Origin: Antedon mediterranea
Lineage: Eukaryota; Animalia; Echinodermata
NCBI RefSeq assembly: GCF_964355755.1
Contig: NC_092673.1
Coordinates: 31,307,648-31,371,647, forward strand
Direction: 5' to 3'
Length of the DNA stretch: 64,000 bases
Of this stretch, positions 47,301-62,300 are shown piece by piece; position 1 is the first letter of the stretch, and every line of letters starts with the position of its first letter. Made by a program: the position numbers and the translations under genes. The notes under the pieces were generated by a model. The model did not search any database. It had not been told where the DNA came from and saw only the letters and a list, made by a program, of their open reading frames with translations.

Positions 47301-50300
47301 AAAGAATAAATAATGAAGTTCTTTACTTTTGCACTATATAGAAATAAAAAAATGTCGTACCTTTTAGTTTTCGTTCAAGATATTCCAGGAAGACTCTGAT
47401 CATCTTAATAATGGCAATGATTAACGAACCAAAAGCAATTGATCCTAAATGATATCTGAAAAACAATAATAATAAAAAAAAAAAAATTAAAATAAACAAA
47501 CCATAGAAAGTAGGCGTACTGTTTAAGCAGACAAGTAAAAGCATGAAATTGGCAGATTACCTGGCCTATAAGTGGGTGTGGTCATTTAGACATAGCTACA
47601 AGGCTACCAGATATTAATTGTATAAGATGCTAAATCTACATACAGTATATTATATATATTTCCTAACCTGATTGCTCTCCAGAAAGACGCAGTGACTGCA
47701 AGGGTGGGCGTGTCCTTCTTATGGAACGTCCAATACCATGAGGCGAAGGCGCCTGCAAGAGTCACCTGACACAGTGCTATGATGAAGTACATCAACCAGA
47801 AAAGGCCAAACAGGTTGTAAGCCTGGAAGTAGAGAGCCAAATCTGGCACTTCGTATGACTGGAACTCGCATGTGATGTCTAGATCCTCAAAACCGCTGAC
47901 GTTCATCTGTGACAGTGCTGTGTCGTCTGCTTTAGTGTAATTAACCTAAATATGATAAAAAGGTTTCGTTTATATATATGTATATATACTTTATCTATTC
48001 ACGAGACTGGTTTATACATCACAAATATCAAGTTGTGTGGAGTGGAGTTGTGGCTTGGTGGTTATGATGCTTGGCTACCAATCTAAGGGCCCCGGGGCCA
48101 AGTCCTGTCATGTCAGGATTTTTTCTCATGACAATTTGCAACCCCACTCTCAAAGACTTGTAATAAGTCTTTGTTTATGTAGAGCATCTTGTATATATGT
48201 TTGTCGTGTGAACAGGAGAGCCACCTTTGAGAGAAGGACAGTGATTGTGTTAACTTGGGTTATCCTTGGCAATTTGCCTAAAATTGAATAATAATAATAA
48301 AAGTTTATGATATTACAAATTATTATTTAAATATGTATATTGATAACATTTCAATGATCTCCCAAAGATGTTTCAAGCATCATGGTATTGTGTGTACTGA
48401 CACAGGTATAATAAAAAAATCACGACACCAAAGTTTCTTTTAAAATGAACTATGTAGAAATACTTTTAAAAATTACACTTTGATTATTGACCAAAAAAAT
48501 TATCGAATAAAACAAATTGAGAAAAAATGCTACATACAAAATCACATTTGTTACGCAAGTTGTTATGCTGTCAAATCTACTTACAGAGCAATCGCATTCA
48601 AAATTGACTCTTGATACATTCCAATCAACGTACGTAAAAGTTGAATCAGAAGGCGCCACCTTAAGGCAATCCTGTACCCCAGAACTCGCAAGAAACCTAT
48701 GAAGTATTGGATTAAGGTGTAAAACATGCAAATAATCATCATCAACATCATATGATCATCAGATAATCATTGATGCAATGCGAGATTTTTTACCGAATGA
48801 TCATAAAATCAAAAGGTCACCACCTGTGGTTAAAATTAAATTTCCTTTCATTTGAGACCAAATACGATGACGAAATTTGAGATCATAGACCAACTACCCT
48901 CCCCCTCACCTGAGCTCACTTTTTTTTGGGTAAATCCATACCTACCAGAATCAAGTGAAATTAGCTTCATTAAAATTTTTTCACAGATTAAACCCATAGG
49001 GATAATATGGGTATTATCAACTGGAGTTCCTGCTGATGAAGAAAGTCTATCTAGCGGTAACACTGTAGAGTGGTCCCAAGACATGACTATACTTTGGCTT
49101 TAGTTGGTCATCATCACCCTTTCCCAAAATCTTGGATCAACCCTGAACACATGAACCATCAATAAGGATACAATGCAATAGATCCCCACACAAAGAACAG
49201 TATCACTTGTAAGATGAACGGTACGGCAGGAAAGAAAAGCGTTGAAATTATAGACGCAACAGCTCTAAAAAGAAGAAAATTAATTGTATACATCATTTAA
49301 AGATTTAATTAATTAACCTCATTGATTGAAAAATTCATTAGTTGTGCTGGCCAAAGGCTAGGCACCCATATTTAATGTCTTTCACTCAGTCTAAAGCTTA
49401 TTGTAAGGCGTTTCCTACTAGCCTTGATTTCAACACAGCACGGCAAATTTGGATACCTGAAAGTACTGTCTAATATTTTTTCTCATCTACCCTAACATCT
49501 TTCTCACCCCCACCTTCTCAACTCTGATCATCATGATTAAACTAATTAAATCAGATACTCATGTATTTTCTTACAATCATTGTTGCTAAAGCACTTTCCA
49601 ACCTACTGAGGATACAGATCAGTTTGTGAACGTGACCCTAATCTTAAAGGGTGGCTCCGGGTATGAAGTTTGGCGCTCGTTCTCTTTTACAGATGATGAA
49701 AAATAAGTTTGGTTATTACCAATGTGGTTGGGTTTATATTTTATAACAATAGAAATTCTATACTCGCAGCTGACCTTTAAAAATAGCCTTATTTCTAAAC
49801 CTAAAGTGTCCAAAATAAAATGTTACAAATTGTTCTTACTTGCTAGCCTCTTGTATCATGCCAATGGCAATCCTAATTTGTTTACATAGACAAAGAGTGA
49901 TGAGTAGTAGCAAGCCAAAGATAACAGCCAGAGTGATACCTAAAACAACAGAAAACACAATGTTAATAAATATTCTATTCTTCATTAATATGGAGAGGTA
50001 GGGGTAAGGTAACAACAGTTTTGTTTTTATTTTTTTTAATTAATAATTTACATAATAATGACTGGATTTTTTAATTGTCCATTAAGTTTATTCAAAAGTT
50101 GTTAAAATGTATGCCTCACATACATTTTTTTTTTTAAATTAAAAAATAAACATTTGATTTTGCAAAAAAAAGTGGGTGATGGCAAACAATATACCAACAT
50201 ACAAAACACTATTGTAAAATCAAATACTACGAAAATAATTTACAAGTAGAATATTAAACATGCATGCATATTATAAAATAATAAATATAATATTTGTAAT

Positions 50301-53300
50301 TCAAATCTAATATAAATAAAGACAACAAATGCATAAAATATTGAATTACTTTAAAATAATTTGTACAATAAAATGAAATAAAAACCAAAGAATTAAACTG
50401 TCTATAATAAATGTTCAAAAATTCATCAAAGCAGAATGTGTATAAATATAATGCTCTGTCTACACTATTAAACTAGTTTGACAAAAAAAGTGTGATGTGC
50501 CCAAATATGGCAGTGATATGCTTAAATAAGGTAGTGATATGACATCATCATGTCCATATATGGGCACATCACATTTTTCTGTAACATAAAGTTTGATAGT
50601 TGAGTGTAGACAGAGCTTTTTTATAGAGCTTTAAAAACTCTACAATACTACCATATAAAAATCTATTTATCTCCTTAAAAATATAGTACCTATAAAAAGT
50701 TCAAATAACTATTTGGTATTTTGACAATGCAAGAAAGTCAAACATAAACAAATAGTACAAAAATAAATGTTTATAATAAAAACTGAACGAAAAAAAAAAG
50801 TTACTTTAAATTAGCGTGCTGATCTTACTTACCGCAATAATAAAACGATTGCTCTATCATGTGCAATGTGCAGATACAATGTGCAAAGAGTGTTAAACAA
50901 AACACAAAAGTTAGCAGTGAATATTTAGACACAGTTGTTGACTTCTAGTCCAGGCTTTATACAGCCACCCCAGATGGGTTTAGAAAATACCAGTTGCAAC
51001 CAGTAATGAGCAGAAAATCAGAAGGTATAACTCCTTGCTGTTTATATGCGAGCAATGGCGTTTGCTAGGTGTTTGCTAGTGAAAAGGTGAACTCTATTAT
51101 TGTCTAAGCCTTCCACAGCTCATAGCAACATATAAGCTTTTTATAATGGATTTTTGTACACATAATTGTAAGTAAGTAATATGTTTTTGTACATTGTTGA
51201 ACTTCAAATTTGACATTGTAGAAAGAATGATTTCAATACATTCTCCATATATCTTGTATTCTATAGAGTAGCTTACACTATAACATTAATGCACTCATAA
51301 CATATATTCTCATCCCTGACCCTGCTTACTATCAGGCAACTAATTTATTTTATATAGTGTGAAACCTATAATTGATCAATTCTAATATTAATGTGAACAA
51401 ACGTACTAGAGCAAGTGTAGCAACATCGACAACAAGTGTTAATGAACAAGCAAACCAGTATCAGTAATACCAGTACCAGAAACCAATACCACTGTACACA
51501 TACCACTGTACTAGTGTACCAATACCAATGTATCAGTACCAGTAGACCAATACCATTGTAGGCCTACTAGTACCACTGAAGCAGTACAGGTACCAGTACC
51601 ACATTACCAGTACCAATAACAGTGTATAAATACCAGTATCCGTGTACCAACACCACTGTACCAGTGTACAAATACCACTGTATTATTGTACCGATACCAG
51701 TGTACCAGTACCACTGTACAAATTCTATTTTACCAGTACCACTGTAACATTACCAGTGAAACTGTACAAGAGTATGTCAATCATATCACACTTACCAAAA
51801 GCATACCACGTATCCTTCAAATTCAGGTAGCTATTAAGGTCGGTCGTGAAGCCAATGTCGGCCAATGACTGCTCTGCATCAGTCTGCATATCTTCCAGTT
51901 CTTTGTAACGTGTCCAGCAGTAATAACAACCTAGAAAAAAAGTAATAGAAAAGTTTCTAATGATAATTTAAAGATTATAAATGTCGAATTTACATTGTGT
52001 TAAATGGTATGAATGTGACAATGAAGGCAGCTTGATGACCTTTATAAATTTAGGTTATACATACCCCAGGCAGTGACTGCATGGAGTCCAATGATACCAA
52101 ACAAAACCATCGGCCCTGCTATGAATCTCATAAGGACAATATAAACGAACGACACCAACATAGCAGCACACAATCCTCTGTCAAAAAAGATTAACATAAT
52201 TATTATTAAATTATTATTCATAAATACAATCAATATCTGCATATATATAAAATCCTCCTGTCTGGCTTTGACACAGATAATGATTATCTTAATAATTTTA
52301 CTTACAAGAGAATTGAATACCAAACTGCATAGAAGTCATCCAGAATCATGGCTGCTGTCTTTTGGAAGTTCAAAAATATGGTAACAGCGCTATAAGAAAA
52401 CACCAATAAAAATTAACAATATTAGTTATGCTTCTCTGCTTTCACAACACCAGTTATGCTTCGCTGCATTCACAACACTAGTTATGCTTCGCTGCATTCA
52501 CAACACCAGTTATGCTTCGCTGCATTCACAACACTAGTTATGCTTCGCTGCATTCACAACACTAGTTATGCTTTGCTGCATTCACAACACTAGTTATGCT
52601 TCGCTGCATTCACAACACCAGTTATGCTTCGCTGCATTCACAACACTAGTTATGCTTCGCTGCATTCACATCATTTTTTATGCTTCGCTGCATTCACATC
52701 ATTCATTAAGCTTTGCTGCATTCACATCATTCATTATGCTTCACTGCATTCACATCATTCATTAAGCGTGGTTCCCACTAGCGACGCAACGCAAGAACGT
52801 AACTTAACGCAAGTGAATTGACCAATCACAAGCGATGGCTTATTCGCTTGTGATTGCTAACTGTCTATAACTTTGCTTGTCATTGGTTAAAACGCTTGCG
52901 TTGCGTTTACGTCCTTGCGTTGCGTTCTAGTGGACACCAAGCTTTATGCTTTACTGAATGATTAAAATCAGAAACCAACGGTGACATAAAACTTACTCTG
53001 ATAAATATGATGCAAGGTCTTCTGGTTGGAATGTTTGGCCATTTGACAGGGTGAGATTTTTACCATTTAAACTATCAGTAATGTTACTGGTAAACTGATC
53101 CTTGGATGTTGCTGCGTCCAACACTCCTTCTACCACATCAATTAAAAACTGTGGTACACACCGATCAAGGACTGAAAATATGACATCAATAATACAAATA
53201 CCTTATTCATTAACATCACAATAAAATAATAGTACAATGATTAAAGAAATATGATATGTTCTACCTTTTTAATCACAATTCATTACCATTTTTATGTCTT

Positions 53301-56300
53301 ATTTTACCTTTAAAAATTTCATTTTCAGTGATTAAAAAAGTGATTATTATTATTATTTTCTTACATGGTTCACTTTCCACATAGTAAGTTGGACATTTTT
53401 CATCTTCAAGCATTTTTTGCAATCCGTCTGCATCCCTATGCTGTAGAGTAAAATAATAAAATTAGTACAAACTTCTCATGTCTCATAAATAAGCCTTAAA
53501 AAAGTATGTTTTCCAATCCCAACTAACCAAAATTTGATCAAATCTAGAGTCAACTTTTTGAGTAAATGAGCATTAAGGCCAATTTGCGAGCGATGACGGT
53601 AAGTGGAAACAAATATATAGAATCTATGTTATTTTTTATGACTATTTAGATAGTAAAGGGGACAAGCTACGCTATTTTTCATTTACTGTTACCGCTTGTC
53701 TGTGTACATTTTTTTTTTACTTAAATTATTTAAAAATATATAACATACATATTTAGAGGTCGGGTCATTGTACTCTGTCTCTGGGTCAAATCCATAATCA
53801 CAGTAGGGTTTAATTTTAGAGAAGTCTGGAGCAACATTTAGAACATTTAGAAACACTTCAGTTAGAGCTGTATACGTTTCTGTCGGACATTTTTCAAGAC
53901 AGATCTGAAACAAACAACAAACACAGAGAATTTAATGAAGACGAACAATTTGATTATGAATTAACTCTAAAAAAACTAACCTAAAGCCTAACTTCATTGG
54001 TACTTTTAACTTGACAAACACCGTAAACGTAGCAAATGAATCTTTCCGATTTCATAATAACTTGGTCACTGATAGGTTTTCTCCCAGGTCTTTAATTAGT
54101 TCATAATTTTTTTTAATACTTCCCATGCCGATGCCTTTGAGTGACCACTTAGATATTAACAGGGAAGAGAAAATTACTGTATGTATGTATTAATGTAATT
54201 TAACTCTTCCCTGGATATGAGGTAGTATCGCATCCACTAATAGTGTGGAATGGAATCAGTGCTTTTGCATAACCCTCGGGCAAGGCTTCAAAAATGTCTT
54301 TTATAGATACTTTCTTTTTTTTGGATGTCCCTGTCATCATCCATTTGGATACCATTCTTTGGTAGTGAGACACTAGAATCACTAGTACGTCTGTATCCCT
54401 AGAAGCAACTACAACTGTGTCGTATCGGACATTGGCAGCATGACAAGTCTCGTGTCCGATTCTTCATGATCTGCGACCAGAGACAACGTATTCGTGTAGA
54501 CTTTTGATGATTTAACAACTGATTCTTTCATAAATCCACCAGCTGTGACAATTTCTTTGTCTATAGGAGCTTGACGAATCAACTCCTCTGATAGAAATCG
54601 TGCCAGATCTGCTTTATTATCTTGTAATGCCAAAACGTTTGACCAGCAATTTGGCAGCGGTATTTCACCACTTTCTATAATTCGACGAATTGGTCTCTGT
54701 GTTTTGGTTCATCTTTGTCTAGTGGTGCCCTTTATCGACAGTTTTAAGTTAGGCATGCCATGTTAAAAAAAACAAAACCAGAGGCATTACCTCCAACAAG
54801 CGATGCAGTGCACCAACATATAAAAAGAGCACACTTCCAAGCACTCGTCTGGAAAAAAGCTGTATCGCCAATCCAGCATTTTGCCATCACCAACAGATTT
54901 TGGGTGGGAGCTATCTAATGGTAAACTTCAACCAGTGCTTATGAAAAATGAAGCTATTCCTACTGCTTCGTTAGAGATGATTTATTGTGGATGCAAGACA
55001 CGATGCATAACCAATAGATGCAGGTGCAAGAAGTCAAAACTACCATGTAGCCTACAGCTTTATGCCGCTGTAACAACGCTAAAGATGACGGAAACCTTTG
55101 CATGAATGATCTTAAACTGATGCCCTTAACATGTTCATTCCAAATGTAGCTTACGTGTTCACATTTTCTTTTAAATCTATACAATCATAATCCATCATAT
55201 TGATGGCAGGTAATTTTCAAATGTAGCTTAGTACGTGTTCAAATTCTTTTTTAAATCTATAATCATAATCCATCATATTGATGGCAGGTAGGCCTCTATA
55301 CAATCATAATCCATCATATTGATGGCAGGTAATTTCCAAATTTCCAAATGTAGCTGATGTGTTCAAATTCTTTTTTAAATCTATAATCATAATCCATCAT
55401 ATTGATGGCAGGTAATTTTCAAATGTAGCTTACGTGTTCAAATTCTTTTTTAAATCTATAATCATAATCCATCATATTGATGGCAGGTAATTTCCAAATG
55501 TAGCTGACATGTTCACATTTAAAAAAATCTATAATCATACTCCATCATATTGATGGCAGGTAATTTCAAATTTCAAATTTCAACAAATGTAACTTGCGTG
55601 TTCAAATTTTTTTAAATCTATATAAATCATAACACATAATATTTGATGGCAGTGAATTTTATAATTTTACTAATTATTATTGTGTATAAATAATTTCATA
55701 GTTATGCAATTATATTATATTTAGTATACAGTAGGCCTATGCTATAGTTTAAAGGTCAATAACCATACTATCGGCCATTCTTGTACAAAATGTGCCATTA
55801 GACTGGATAGAAACACACATGTTTTAAACAATTTAAAAAGAAAAAAAAATTCAAAAGACCACAATTTTCAAAGTTATATTATCATATTTGACTAATAGTT
55901 CAAAGGTCAATAGTTGCAGAATCGGCCATTTTTTGTAAAAACATTTCATTATAATAAATATGAATGTATAGTTTCTGAACAATTTGAGGCCTATTTCGTG
56001 TCTCTCCGATTATTGGTTACTGAGATACGATAAATCAAGGTCAAAGGTCAAAATGTCAGAAATAAGACTTGCATCCATTTTTTGAGAAAATGTGTCATTA
56101 AAGTGAATATAAAAACATATATTTAAAACATTTTGAGACCAAAATTAATTATCTGTGACTAGTGGTTCTCGAGATATAGGGTAATTATAAAAAATGGCCG
56201 CCATTTTTAATTATGCAAATTAAGGGCTTAGATGACCGAATTTCGCTTGGGATCCGCCATATTCGTAATCAGCGAGGTCGAAATATCCTAAATCAAGTGG

Positions 56301-59300
56301 ATCCCAGCTTCTACCCAAAAATGCTTCTTACACCATATTTCAGAGGAAATAGAACTTGTCTATAATACAATATTGTGTATAAAGGCTCTGGGGCATTTAA
56401 TCGAGGGGGCGTTTTTTCAATGTGGAGCGTTTGTTCAAATAAATATGGTAGTAAACTGATATACCTGTATAATGAATTATAATGGTCAAGAGAGAAAATA
56501 CCACCATTTTCTCGGTATGGTATTGGACTAGAAACTAAACAATGTCCAATATTCTGGAAATTTAGACTTTACTCTCCATTAGGTTCATTGGTTATATTTT
56601 AATTTAATTTTTTTTTGTTAGAGCAATGAACAATTCCAATAATATTATCAGTGTCTAGGCATGTTGCATGTCTGAGCATGAATACGTTACACTAACCTGT
56701 TTAGTTGGGCAAGTCAGCTGAAAGCTTGACAAGGTTGATGAACACTTCAACAGATCAAAAAAGAACAAGTATGGTTTTTTTCTGAAAAAAAGGGTTTTTT
56801 ATAAATATTATAGTACCGTATATTTTGGTGTATACGTCGCACCTGTGTATAAGACGCACCCCCAAACTGAGAGTAAAATATCGGTATTTTTTATATCGTC
56901 GATGTATAAGACGCACCCTATATTTCATCAAAACAATGTTTTTTTTAAATTGTAATCAATATCATTGTAATAATATATTTTGTTATATCTACAACGGCGT
57001 CCTTTATTTAGGTCCTTACCTAGGCTCGGCCGCGCCCAGCCTCAACAAGTTCTTTCTAACTTGTTATTCATGAGTTTCGCCGCAACATCGAGTGCATGAC
57101 CGTGTGTGTAAACACGCACGTGTGTGGGCTAGCCTCGCTCGATCATTTCGAGAGGGCGCACGTTTTCACGGAAAATCGTATTCGATTAGTATCTATGTAT
57201 CTGAGAAGTGTGTACGCTAGGTCCATGCTATAATCACCTGGAGAATATACTAGTCGAATACCGTACACCATGTGGCCACCACACCAAAAGAAGGGCTTGC
57301 GCTTGGGGTACGGCGATCGTGCGTATAACTACTGTATAAATAAATACTATTCCAATTACGTAAACGTTTACAAATGAAATTTTATCGAAGCGCCATAATG
57401 AACAAATCTTTTCATCATATTTAGTATAACATCATGCTAAAATGACTTGAAAACTAGGCAGAAGCAGGTTGCCGTTACGTTAGTTAGCTACTGTAGCTAG
57501 GCCTAGCCTACTCAGGCCTAGCAAACGAGGTGACGATAGCCTACTAGGCCTAGGCCTATGTACAATCTGTGTGGTGAGGCATTTATGTTCGGTGTATAAG
57601 ACGCACCCTTAATTTAGAGGTCAAATTTGCGTGTCAAAAGTGCGACTTATACACCGAAATATACGGTAAGTAATATATCGAGTAAAATGAAATACTCTAT
57701 TATATACTCAGGTCTAATCCGATTTAACAAACAGGCAAATCCACTGGTATTGACTTTTGGTTTGGATGTAGGCATCTCTCTAACCAGTTCAGATGAGTTT
57801 TTACAAGAAATGCTTACAAATCATTTATTTCCTGAGTCGGCCCAATTTTGTGTTCTAGGGGGGGGGGGGGGATTATACCAGTGGATGCATGGTATTAAAA
57901 TATACTTACTGTACATACAACATTTGTTACAGAAGATTTTGTTTGTAAAATCAGAAAGTACAATATTGACTATCTGGCAGAAAAATGTAAATCATTTGAA
58001 ATGCTATACTTACTCAACTCCCGCTGTAATACCACAAATCTGTCCTTTATAGTCAGTTGGGTATACTAACTTTCTGGGGTCTCCGTTCATCCAAGCTACA
58101 AAAATGAAATAGAAATCAGACTAAAACAGTGTTTTTTAGCAATATAAGGAAATATGATGAGTACACAACTGACGTAGACTTGCTAATTAATTATGTAACT
58201 AATGAAGTAAAAACAAATGGTTTCTAATCAATTTTTTAAAAAAATGTAATATTTTGGTTTTGTTTAACCCTGCGAAAACATTTTTGTAAGGTTTCAATGA
58301 TGCCAATTATATTGTGAAGAACCTAGGGCTGAATTTAACTTGCTTAACAAACAAATTGTCTTAACTTTGCCTTAAATCCTTGATTTTCTTAAGTCTGGTT
58401 TATACTACATGTAAGCAAAAATATTTGCTTGATCTTATCTTAAATCCAAGATGAACAACGCCCTGCCTTGAGATGAAAAATTTCGTCTCTGGTCAAGAAA
58501 TCATCGGGCAAAAACGCATTGGGCAAAAGCACAGTGGCAAAAATACACTGGACAACAATGTCCTAGTCAAGAACGCACACGGCAAGATCGCCCTAGTCAA
58601 GAACACACTGGACAAAAATGAACAGTTGAAGAAAATGGAAAGAATTGTATTATTTGCAAATTTAATCGTTTCTTTACAAATTAAAAAGAGATATTTTATT
58701 CATTTAAGGTGTGACTCACCATAACCACCGACAACAAACATTCCAACGATGAAGGCCAGAAACAGAAGACAACAGATTACATCTGTACAACTCCTAAAAT
58801 TTAAAAAGCAAATACATAATTAGATATTATATAATACCTAAATAAATTCCTGTCATTTAATTGCACGATTGTGGGTCACATAGCGTGCAATAGTATACAA
58901 ATAATGAATGTTTATGAGTGCAATGGTACAAATAATGGCACGAGGTGAATGATGAAAGGTTATATCAACGAGGCAAAGCCGAGTTGATATAACCTTTCAT
59001 CATTCACCAAGTGCCATTATTTGTACCATTACACGAATACAAAACATTCATTATTTGTTTTATATAACATCTAGACGTTTTTTTTTCGTACACAAAAATG
59101 TTTCAAAAAGTACTATTTAACGATCGTTGAATAGTGCGTACTATTGCACGCCATGTGACCCACATTCGTCCAATAAAATGACAGGAATTTATATAGGTGT
59201 TATATAATATGCACTATTAAACGATCGTTTAATGGTACTTTTTAAACATTATATGATGAAATTATTATTAGTTTCATAGTTTACAAGTTGGTTGTTAGAG

Positions 59301-62300
59301 CATGGAGTTAGTTTCATATCAACTTTGACAATACAACATTAAACCAGGGAAGAGTGCAATTAATGTAATTAAAATCGATTAGTGTAATTTCACTCTTCCC
59401 TGATTAAACAAAGATGTTTTGAGTAAAGCTTCATAAATAATGTCTGTAACATTGCCTATAGGCACTACGTCACACTGTGCAATGTACAGTTCAGTTGAAT
59501 ACATACTGTAAGTGGGTCACTGTAGAGAACTACATACTACCACTTAGTCTTAGTAAGAACATAAAAACCCATTGCTTAGAAAACCGATGTTTGCTCACAT
59601 TACTATAGGCCTATATTGTACAGTATTTAGACAACACATTATTAGAGGGTGATAATATTAAACAAACTACTGAAGATTAAAATAGGGCCTACTATAAATA
59701 CAGTTAAAATATTGTATCATAATGGCTTGCCTCACTTTTTGTTTTATGTTACTGTATGATTTATTTAAAATGACAAATTTGTTCATTATTATAGTTTACT
59801 AGATAAAACAGAAAATTCACCTATTATCAATTGGTCCATGGAATGATGGGTCATATTTTTCTGGATCCCCTGTAAAAAAAAATAGTAATATTTAATTTAA
59901 TGAATTAAAAAATCTAATTAAATTATTAATTTAATTCTCAAATTGAATTGAAGAAAATTGAAAAAAAAAAACTGTAAATAAAACAATGGAATTTGAATGA
60001 TATGTTTTTACAGTATTGTACCAGGATATTCATTCATGTAATTCACAAAAATAAACAACAATAAAAAGCATTAGATATGGAATTGACATCATCATCATAA
60101 TTATCTCATTTCAGGATATGAGGTTTATTGACCGTACAGTTGAACAACTTTACTATCAATAAATTGATAGATTAGTATGTTTACTGTACCTTGTCATTTT
60201 AGTGTTGTAAAGTAGATCCGCTAATAATAGTACAGTACGTACTGTAAATTAGCTCAATGATAACATAAAGGGGGAAATTAAGGTTGACTATTGTGTAGTG
60301 TATTCAAACCAAGCATACAGTTCATTAAAATCAATCAAATATTCATTCGTCTTTTATTTCAGAATACCATAAACATTCTCATAATATATTCATAGTAAAT
60401 ACAGTATATAAATTTAGAGAAAAAAAATAAAATAAATCATTACTAAATGAATTAGAAGACAAATTGGATTACTACAGTACGTCTTTTATTAATGAAGTCA
60501 AAACAAATAAAAAGAATACACATTTATTATTTATATAGGCCTATTGTAGTTGTAGAATTACTTCAAATACAGTAACATTTATGTTTGAGCTTTTTTAGTG
60601 TGAATATTTATTGTAGAAAATAGGTGACAAAATGTGACATACAGGGAGCACAGTGTTATACCTGGAGACAAGTAGAAAGTAGGGGAGTTTCCAAGCCAAA
60701 AGAGGAGTAATACTAATAGCACATTATGAAATACACTTTATGCCTTCCTATCCAATCCTGTTAAACCAATCTACACTATCAAACTAGTTTGACAAAAAAA
60801 AGTATGATGTGCCCAAATATGGTAGTGATATGACAATCATCATGTCCATATATGGGCAAATCAAATTTTTTTGTCACAAACTCTCCTGCCATTAAACATG
60901 TTATAAATATTATATTTACATGAATTATTAGATTATGTTTTGACAAAACTAAATGATATTTCAGAATACTAACTATATAGAGAATTGTAGGTCACTGAAC
61001 AAGACAAAAATGGTGGTGATACCTTGGTGATACGAATAAATTTACATTAATTTTATTACATTAGCAATCTTGTGTACTACTATTAGTATTAGAATTATTC
61101 TTCAATAGTATCAAGCTTGTTTCACAACGCTCGTTCTGATTTCCAGCTGACAAAAAGTGAGGTTTATTATCAATGTTGTTGGAAAGTTTTATATCTTAAT
61201 ATCTACAATAAACAATAGACACTCTATACAAAACTACCGTATATGAAACAAGCCGGATGAAAAGATCAATTGTAACCTCATGGAACTTATACTAAATCTT
61301 TTAAGGAAGTTATTGATAAAATCGGTAAATAATGCTTATTGAATGCAATTTCCTTTTGATATGTCACTGTAATCAAAATGACAAAAGCTCAATTATTTAA
61401 AAAGGCAGAGGATTAAAAAAATAACCATCATATGAAATATAATAAAACAAAGGACAGTTCCTAGAAGTCAATAGTATGTTCCACTAAATAATGCCAAATG
61501 ACAGGAATGAATGGCATGACATAGTTGTATGTGTGTGGTAAAGTGTGTCTAAAGCTCTGTCTACAGTACACGTCATTATCAAATTTATGTGACAACAAAA
61601 TGTGATGTGCACATATACTGTATGTATATAGACACGATGACATCATATTTGGGGATGTCACTACCATATTTGGGCTCATCACACTTTTTGTCAAGCTAGT
61701 TTAATGAAATAGGAATTTTAAAATTATATCATTTATTGTATTATTATTATTATTGTGGTTTTATTTATTAATTTGCATAATAATTGTAATAGTAGAGGAA
61801 ATATATTTAACGCACTTTAACATAATATTCATGTAGAAAAGGAAAAAACCAAATCTGTTTTGTTAAATTGCCAAAATTGTATAAATCCTCAAGCTGGCAT
61901 TTAAAAGTAAATTCATCCTTGTCAGAAATGTAACAGAAAAGACAGCTTCAGTCGCCAAATTATGTCATTTTGAGCTAGTGTGCAAAATTAAGGTGTTTTA
62001 TTAACAGTGTTTCTTTGCACAGGCAAAAATGGGGCCCCTATGTCGGCAAATATTTTAGCACAAAGTAACGACAAAGAAAAATGACTATGCAGATATTGAC
62101 AAAAGTAGCATAGAGTCTGGCCGTGATGTTTGCTTATCTCTTATTATGGTGATTTAACAAATTTTAGACCTATCACCATATTCTAAAATTTCACTTAACA
62201 CTGGAAATTCATAATAAAACCCAGTTACAGTATGGTGACACAAAGCAAAGTGCCCACTTAATTGGATGTTTTGTTAATAGGTGTTGCCCGTAGTGTTACT

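Larger units (their letters stand above)
53986..56362. mobile_element. Academ-like DNA transposon remnant (XPG-like domain plus Cys-rich C-terminus), partly inverted
   Basis: Minus strand 53986-54745: [50 protein letters not shown]. Plus strand 54746-55110: [52 protein letters not shown]. The right end ...GAACTTGTCTA fits the TAG terminus of Academ. Confidence 0.75.

Noticed and set aside
52426-52765. 28-bp repeats of CRISPR-like length
   Set aside because: No unique spacers and no cas genes; an ordinary intronic minisatellite.
58473-58724. 83-aa ORF with GQK/GKN repeats
   Set aside because: Derived from degenerate 15-bp repeats, antisense in an SLC44 intron.
44386-59869. Copy B as an uncollapsed haplotype of copy A
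   Set aside because: Introns, transposon content and exons 3-8 are far too divergent for alleles.
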